From Terrimicrobiaceae bacterium (lineage in GTDB: Bacteria > Verrucomicrobiota > Verrucomicrobiia > Chthoniobacterales > Terrimicrobiaceae), in contig JBGSVZ010000131.1 of assembly GCA_041752695.1 (NCBI GenBank), forward strand, positions 1 through 23,755: a DNA stretch of 23,755 nt. Reading direction: 5' to 3'. Under the pieces are notes generated by a model, which saw only the letters and a program-made list of their open reading frames with translations, did no database searches and had not been told where the DNA came from. This document shows positions 18,640 through 23,755 of the stretch, piece by piece (positions within the stretch are counted from its first letter, which is position 1; each line of letters starts with the position of its first letter). A program made the position numbers and the translations under genes.

Positions 18640-21600
18640 TCAATCCACTCGCTCTACCTTAACACGTCCGAACCGGCTCCCGGTCGCGCCCGTTGGGGGG
18701 GCGTCTTGCCAGATCACAAACTCAAAATCTTCGTCGATAGGTTCGGCCAGAACTTCCGTTCCCCCGGAAACCCAATCCTTCAGGTTGCCGCAGAATTCGA
18801 CAACATAGCGAATTCCCGCCTGATTGGGATTCCTGCGGCGAATGAAGGCCACTTGAAGAACGTCCCCCTCAACTTGAACCGATGGCAACCCCTTGTTTCC
18901 CGCCTCTAGATCAACAGAGAAATACTTGTCGTCCTTCGACATGTTAAAGGCATAACGAAGCAGGTTGGGAATCCCTGTATCATTGTCTTCCAAATCGGCC
19001 GAGGTTCCCGATGCATTGGTTGTCCCGTAATTCTGGAACCTCCATTCCTGGAGAATCGACCAAGTTGTCACGAAAGCGTATTGGCTGGGGTCGGAGTATC
19101 CCCCCGAATTTCCTGCCCGCACCCGGTACGAATAGGCGGTGGCGGGTTCCACCGAATGATCCGTAAGGAAACTTTCATAGCCGGGAGACTCTCCGACTGC
19201 AGTCCAATCCGTCGCCGGAGTCCGTCGTTCGACAACATAAGATGTCGCCCCGCTTGCAGGTGCCCAACTGACTGCCACTGCCCGGGCTGAGTTGGCGTTG
19301 GCGAGAATAAAAGCGGGCGCATCCGGAGGAGCTGGTAGCACCCCTTGAACCTGAACGGAATCAAGCGCCCACGTGTCCTGCGAGACTCCGCTGTTCTGCT
19401 GTTGCCTCCAGCGGAATTGCGTAGCGTCGCTGCGCGCCGACACAGGCAGAACGATGGAGTAGGATGTCCATCCGCTATGGCTGGGAAATTGGGTATTTAG
19501 GATGGCGAGCAGTTCCCACTGGGACCCCCCGGAGGTGGAATACTCAACCAAGACATTTTCCCCGACTTCGGAGTTATTCCAATAGGTGCCGCCATCCACA
19601 TTTTGATTTCCCGCACGAAACTGGAAGGCAAGGTTTCCTCCATTCGTCAGATCGACCGGCATCGTCGCCGCGGACCGAGTTCCCCCGGCCCCAAACCAAA
19701 GCGCCTTCCCAGAAAAGAATCCCTGCGGCCCGGCGATAGCTTGCGCACCAGCAAGCGAAGACCAGACGCCTGGATCGATACCAGGATCGAAATCATCTTC
19801 CAAGATTGCCCCAGTCAGAGCCGCTAAAACATTGACCTCCGCGGATATGGACTGACCGGCGGAATTGAAGGCCACGACGCGGTAGTTGTAATACGTCCCA
19901 TTGACGAGCCCGGAATCCACATAGGACGTCGTGCCGGCAGGCAGTTCCCCTACAACCTCCCACGCCTCTTCGCCGATGTTTCGCTCAATGCGATAACCTG
20001 CCTCATTGGAAACATCGCTCCATGCCAGGGACACTCCGGTTGCGGAGGTGGGCTGGGCAACCACATTCTGCGGGGCTCCCGGTAAGGGAACCTGAGGGGT
20101 GGTGGCACTTCGCACCGACGAGGCCGTGGAGGATCCCACCGCGTTGATCGCGAAGAGCCGATACGAATAGGCGGTGTTCGGCACCACGCTATCGTCGGAA
20201 AAAGAAACGGTATCGGCCGGCAACTCAACCAAAGTTTCCCACACGGCTCCAGCGGTCGGCTTTCGCTCGACGCGATAGGAAGTCTCAAGGCTCACATTGC
20301 CCCACGCGAGCACCACGCGATAGGCGCTTACCGCGGTCGCACTGGTGAAACTTGGGGCGGACGGGGCCGTGAGGGCCGGGGTCGCAACCGAACGAGTATT
20401 GGAGGCAACCGACGCAACTGCTCCCTTGATAGCCTTGATCCGGTAGGAATATGAAGTACTCGGCTGGACGGAATTGTCGGTATACGATCTGGTTCCCGCC
20501 GCAAGGGTGGCTATGACCGACCACGCTGGGTCATCACCAACGGACCGCTCGACCGTCACCGCGGTATTGGTGCCCGAAAGCCCCCAGCCCAGGCCCACAC
20601 TATAGGGCGAACTGGCAGTCGCCGAGTTGAGCACAGGGGCGGGCGGCGGAAATTGACTCAGGTCGGCGAGGAGGATTTCGCTCCATGCCGAACTTATCTC
20701 CGGAGCCAGGGCGCGGATTCGGAATTCATAGGCCGACATTTGGTCGAGTCCAGAAACGGCCAGGGTGGTGGCATTCTGGGTGATCGCGGTGTTCACGTCA
20801 GTCCATGTCCCCGAACCGGCCAGCCTTCGCTGCAGGTGAAAAGCGGTCTCGAGCGACTTATCCGTCCACTTGAGGGTTGGAGAGGTTCCCGACCAGACCG
20901 GCGTTTGAAACTCCGGAGCGGCCAATGCCAAGGGAAGGCTCACCTCATGAAAATGCAGCCCAAGAGCCCCTTGCGTGACAAGCTTCGAGGTCGCGGAATT
21001 AAAAGCACTCACCTTGGTCGAAACGGGCATACCCAACACGGCGAGGCGGCGATTGATGTCGTAGATTGTGTTCTCTGCAAAAGCAAACCGGCCGTCCTGA
21101 CTGCAAGAGTAAACGATCTCGCCCACAATCCACTCGGGTGCCAATGCCGAATTAAAAACCACATTACCCCAGAAAACCCTCTGGTCATTTTCACTAACCA
21201 AAACAGTCCGGGAGCCATAATAACTCACCCCGGTGGGACGGACATCAGCAAGCAATGTCAGGGCGTCTCCCGTCACATCGTATCGGAGAATGGATGCTCC
21301 GGAACTGTTGTTTTCCCCATGGTAATAATAGCGGCCGGTGGAATCGAAAGCCCCGCCTCCTTCCCGGACGGAGGCCTCGCCTAGTTTTGTCCCCGTCGTG
21401 GTATTGAAGATTGATATCTCGATCCATTGGTCTTCCTCCTCGACCACGAGCCGACCGGGGCCGCCGGCAGCAACGCGGTAAACATCGTTGTCGCCATACC
21501 CCGTGCCTCCAAAGGCGCTGAAGGCATAAGTTCTGGTGACCTCAAAGGTGTCGCGATCGACCGCCAGGAGCGACCCGCCGAGCCAGTTCGTAACGTAGAT

Positions 21601-23595
21601 TTTGTTGTCGTGAGCGTGGATCGAAAAATCCGTGGCGGAGGTGCCGACTTCCGCCAGACGCAGGACGGACTCAGTCTCGGCGTCAATCTCCATCAAGTAG
21701 GCTTTGGCCCCCGGGACACCTGAATTTTCACTAAGAGCATAAACCTTGGAGGAATGCGGATCGGATTTGAGAACCGTCAGCTTGAGGGGCTCAAGGTCTA
21801 ACTCGACGGGAATGACCAGATTGCCGACCCGGGTCGTCAGCGTGATGGAACCCAAATGAACTCCTGAAGGCAGCGCCGAAGTATCCAGCAGCACCTTCAC
21901 CGATCCAGGAACTGTGCCTACGGATTGGTCGAACCCAATCCAGGGATTTTCACTACTAACACTCCAGGTCTCTCCGGCCGACGCCGCCCCGAGCGGGAGC
22001 AATTCCTCGAAGACACCGACCCCAGCGACGCTGCGCAGTTTGAGCTTGGTTTGCTCCAGAGAGATCGGACTGACGATAAAGGAATTGACCGATCCCTGTT
22101 GCGGGCCAATTTGCGAAATGGGATCAAGTCGCCAATAGTAGGTCGTGCCCAATTCCAAAGGCGTACCAAATGGGTATTGCGTTCCGGAAAAGGCGCCCAT
22201 GAATTCGGGAGACGCGGGCGTGGCCGCACTGACCGCAGCGGCCGAAGTCCCAAGATACACATGGTATTGAGAGATTCCAGGGCGAGCGGCCCAGGAAAGT
22301 TTCGACGGTGGAGTGACCACAGAACCCGGAGCCGGCGTAACCGACTGGCCACCTGGTCCAGCCCCAATCAAGTCCACCAAATTTAAAGAGCGCAACGTGC
22401 GGCTGGTGGGATCGAAGTAAACAAAATTGTTGTAATCCGAGCTGAAGGCCTGGGCTTTACGATCTGTATAGCCATTCAACGTAGTGGTGGCGTCCGGAAT
22501 ACCAAATAATTGATTGCCAGTGGTAAAATCGTAAACGGCTGTCGCGGTGGCTACCCATTCCCCTCCCGGAGAGATAGACCAAACCGCACTGGAATGATTT
22601 TTTTGGATGTCATTAATATCCTGGGTGGAAACCGCGATGGTCTTAAGAAAAACGGTTTGGTCGTTCTCCGTAATGAGCACAGGTGCCTCAAAAGGCTCCC
22701 TGACCAGCCCGGTGTTCACCGTACTCTTTGCCAGAAAGGTCAATCTGCCGTCCGGGGCAATGGAGTAATCCGCGATGAAAGAAGAATGCCCTCCGGCAGA
22801 CCAACCGTATTGGGGCATGGCCACAATCTTGCTCCGGTCGCTGGTGACTGCAAAATCCATAAAACCTGTGTCATTCGATGGTGCCGTCCCGTCAAACTTG
22901 AGAGACTGGATCACCTGGCCACTGGATCGCTCGTAAACTCTCATGATCGGCCCCCAGGAACCGTCGGTGTAATAAATGATGTCTCCCGGCCCGAGATCGA
23001 TGTTGGCAGTGGTATCAGTGACCGAGCCCCAAGCATCGTAAACCGGAAGAGGGATTGTTTCCTTGAGTGTCAAGGTGGCAAGATCCACCACGGATATCGC
23101 CTTGTCGGCACTACAGATTACGAGCAATTCCGATCCGTCTTCACTGATGACAAAATCCGTCGGGCGTTTGCCTACTGTCACACATCTGCCCTTTGTCCCC
23201 TGCAAAGGGTCATAGGTAAAAATCGCCCCGGCATTTCCGGCGTCCAAGTGGATTCCATACATGACCGACCGAAAAGGGTCGTCCAGCAGACGATAGACAT
23301 TCAACGGCTTGATGTCGGCCGAAAGAAATACGGAAACGCTGCTCGCTCCATCAGTAATTGTGATGGTGGCGGTAGCGGAGGCCAGAAGATCCCTGGTTTG
23401 GAACTGAACCGTAACTCCTCCGGCCTGCGCAGATACCGTAGGCATCGCCCATGCCAGATCCGAGCTGACCTGAAGACTTCCCATCTCCATGCCAGGCGAC
23501 AACGTGACGGGAATCGTCAGCGGCACATGGTCAAAGCCGGGGGCGACCACGACCTGAACTTGTGTCTGGGGGACGAAAAAATTCGCAGCTTGCAA
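18640..23595 (-). CDS. Giant surface protein: 2x(BACON-like Ig + YncE/YVTN-like beta-propeller), five FN3 repeats, Reelin-subrepeat-like domain, C-terminal domain
   Basis: 1651-aa ORF. Propeller motifs VGKRPTDFVISEDG and VGTSATDFSIHAHD. BACON-like TWSVSSENPWI...DTSALPSGVHLGSITL. FN3 motifs (LxW...YxxER...YxYRxxAxN). Reelin-like segment at 19342-19806. Start codon uncertain. Confidence 0.8.
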   Translation of the reverse strand: MQAANFFVPQTQVQVVVAPGFDHVPLTIPVTLSPGMEMGSLQVSSDLAWAMPTVSAQAGGVTVQFQTRDLLASATATITITDGASSVSVFLSADIKPLNVYRLLDDPFRSVMYGIHLDAGNAGAIFTYDPLQGTKGRCVTVGKRPTDFVISEDGSELLVICSADKAISVVDLATLTLKETIPLPVYDAWGSVTDTTANIDLGPGDIIYYTDGSWGPIMRVYERSSGQVIQSLKFDGTAPSNDTGFMDFAVTSDRSKIVAMPQYGWSAGGHSSFIADYSIAPDGRLTFLAKSTVNTGLVREPFEAPVLITENDQTVFLKTIAVSTQDINDIQKNHSSAVWSISPGGEWVATATAVYDFTTGNQLFGIPDATTTLNGYTDRKAQAFSSDYNNFVYFDPTSRTLRSLNLVDLIGAGPGGQSVTPAPGSVVTPPSKLSWAARPGISQYHVYLGTSAAAVSAATPASPEFMGAFSGTQYPFGTPLELGTTYYWRLDPISQIGPQQGSVNSFIVSPISLEQTKLKLRSVAGVGVFEELLPLGAASAGETWSVSSENPWIGFDQSVGTVPGSVKVLLDTSALPSGVHLGSITLTTRVGNLVIPVELDLEPLKLTVLKSDPHSSKVYALSENSGVPGAKAYLMEIDAETESVLRLAEVGTSATDFSIHAHDNKIYVTNWLGGSLLAVDRDTFEVTRTYAFSAFGGTGYGDNDVYRVAAGGPGRLVVEEEDQWIEISIFNTTTGTKLGEASVREGGGAFDSTGRYYYHGENNSSGASILRYDVTGDALTLLADVRPTGVSYYGSRTVLVSENDQRVFWGNVVFNSALAPEWIVGEIVYSCSQDGRFAFAENTIYDINRRLAVLGMPVSTKVSAFNSATSKLVTQGALGLHFHEVSLPLALAAPEFQTPVWSGTSPTLKWTDKSLETAFHLQRRLAGSGTWTDVNTAITQNATTLAVSGLDQMSAYEFRIRALAPEISSAWSEILLADLSQFPPPAPVLNSATASSPYSVGLGWGLSGTNTAVTVERSVGDDPAWSVIATLAAGTRSYTDNSVQPSTSYSYRIKAIKGAVASVASNTRSVATPALTAPSAPSFTSATAVSAYRVVLAWGNVSLETSYRVERKPTAGAVWETLVELPADTVSFSDDSVVPNTAYSYRLFAINAVGSSTASSVRSATTPQVPLPGAPQNVVAQPTSATGVSLAWSDVSNEAGYRIERNIGEEAWEVVGELPAGTTSYVDSGLVNGTYYNYRVVAFNSAGQSISAEVNVLAALTGAILEDDFDPGIDPGVWSSLAGAQAIAGPQGFFSGKALWFGAGGTRSAATMPVDLTNGGNLAFQFRAGNQNVDGGTYWNNSEVGENVLVEYSTSGGSQWELLAILNTQFPSHSGWTSYSIVLPVSARSDATQFRWRQQQNSGVSQDTWALDSVQVQGVLPAPPDAPAFILANANSARAVAVSWAPASGATSYVVERRTPATDWTAVGESPGYESFLTDHSVEPATAYSYRVRAGNSGGYSDPSQYAFVTTWSILQEWRFQNYGTTNASGTSADLEDNDTGIPNLLRYAFNMSKDDKYFSVDLEAGNKGLPSVQVEGDVLQVAFIRRRNPNQAGIRYVVEFCGNLKDWVSGGTEVLAEPIDEDFEFVIWQDAPPTGATGSRFGRVKVERVD

Positions 23596-23755
23596 GGAAG
23601 GAATCAGCCAAAATGTGAGGTGGACCCCATTTTCCGACCAAAAGAGCGGTAAAATAGGTTATGCGAGGTTCGCTTGGAAAGGTGTTGTTATTGGTTGTGG
23701 TGATCTGTGGATTCTCATTGCGTCCAAAGCGAAAACTCCGGGGGTTAGGGGGCGG

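Noticed and set aside
18381..18662. 93-aa ORF (and the two 91-aa antisense ORFs) in the convergent spacer
   Set aside because: No motif, TTG start, overlap with the ends of flanking genes, and composition typical of non-coding GC-rich DNA.
22510..23652. 380-aa plus-strand ORF
   Set aside because: Antisense to the giant surface-protein gene; no recognisable domain.

Overview
GC-rich bacterial chromosomal window, most likely from Verrucomicrobia (inferred from the prepilin/H-X9-DG gene, the GH75 lipoprotein and the C-terminal domains of the large secreted proteins). From left to right: the 3' end of an ArnA/UDP-apiose-xylose-synthase-like SDR gene with a terminator; a string of five overlapping genes (a sodium:solute symporter fused to a hot-dog thioesterase, a Pro-rich GH75-like lipoprotein, a divergent inositol monophosphatase-family protein, a DUF374-type acyltransferase, folD); a structured intergenic region; a polyamine ABC cluster in the order potC-potD-potB with no ATPase; pyk; a prepilin/H-X9-DG gene divergent from dnaG-rpoD; a bidirectional terminator; and two convergent large multidomain surface proteins. 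The first is LamG + SGNH/SASA esterase + Ig; the second is 2x[BACON + beta-propeller] + FN3 repeats + a Reelin-subrepeat-like domain. Both end in a related C-terminal domain. The best leads are the symporter-thioesterase fusion (enediyne E7/E10-type motif), the bacterial Reelin-like module, the shared C-terminal domain and the candidate cis-regulatory RNA upstream of potC. All family calls come from motif recognition by eye; no database searches were run. No rRNA, tRNA, CRISPR array or transposase was seen.
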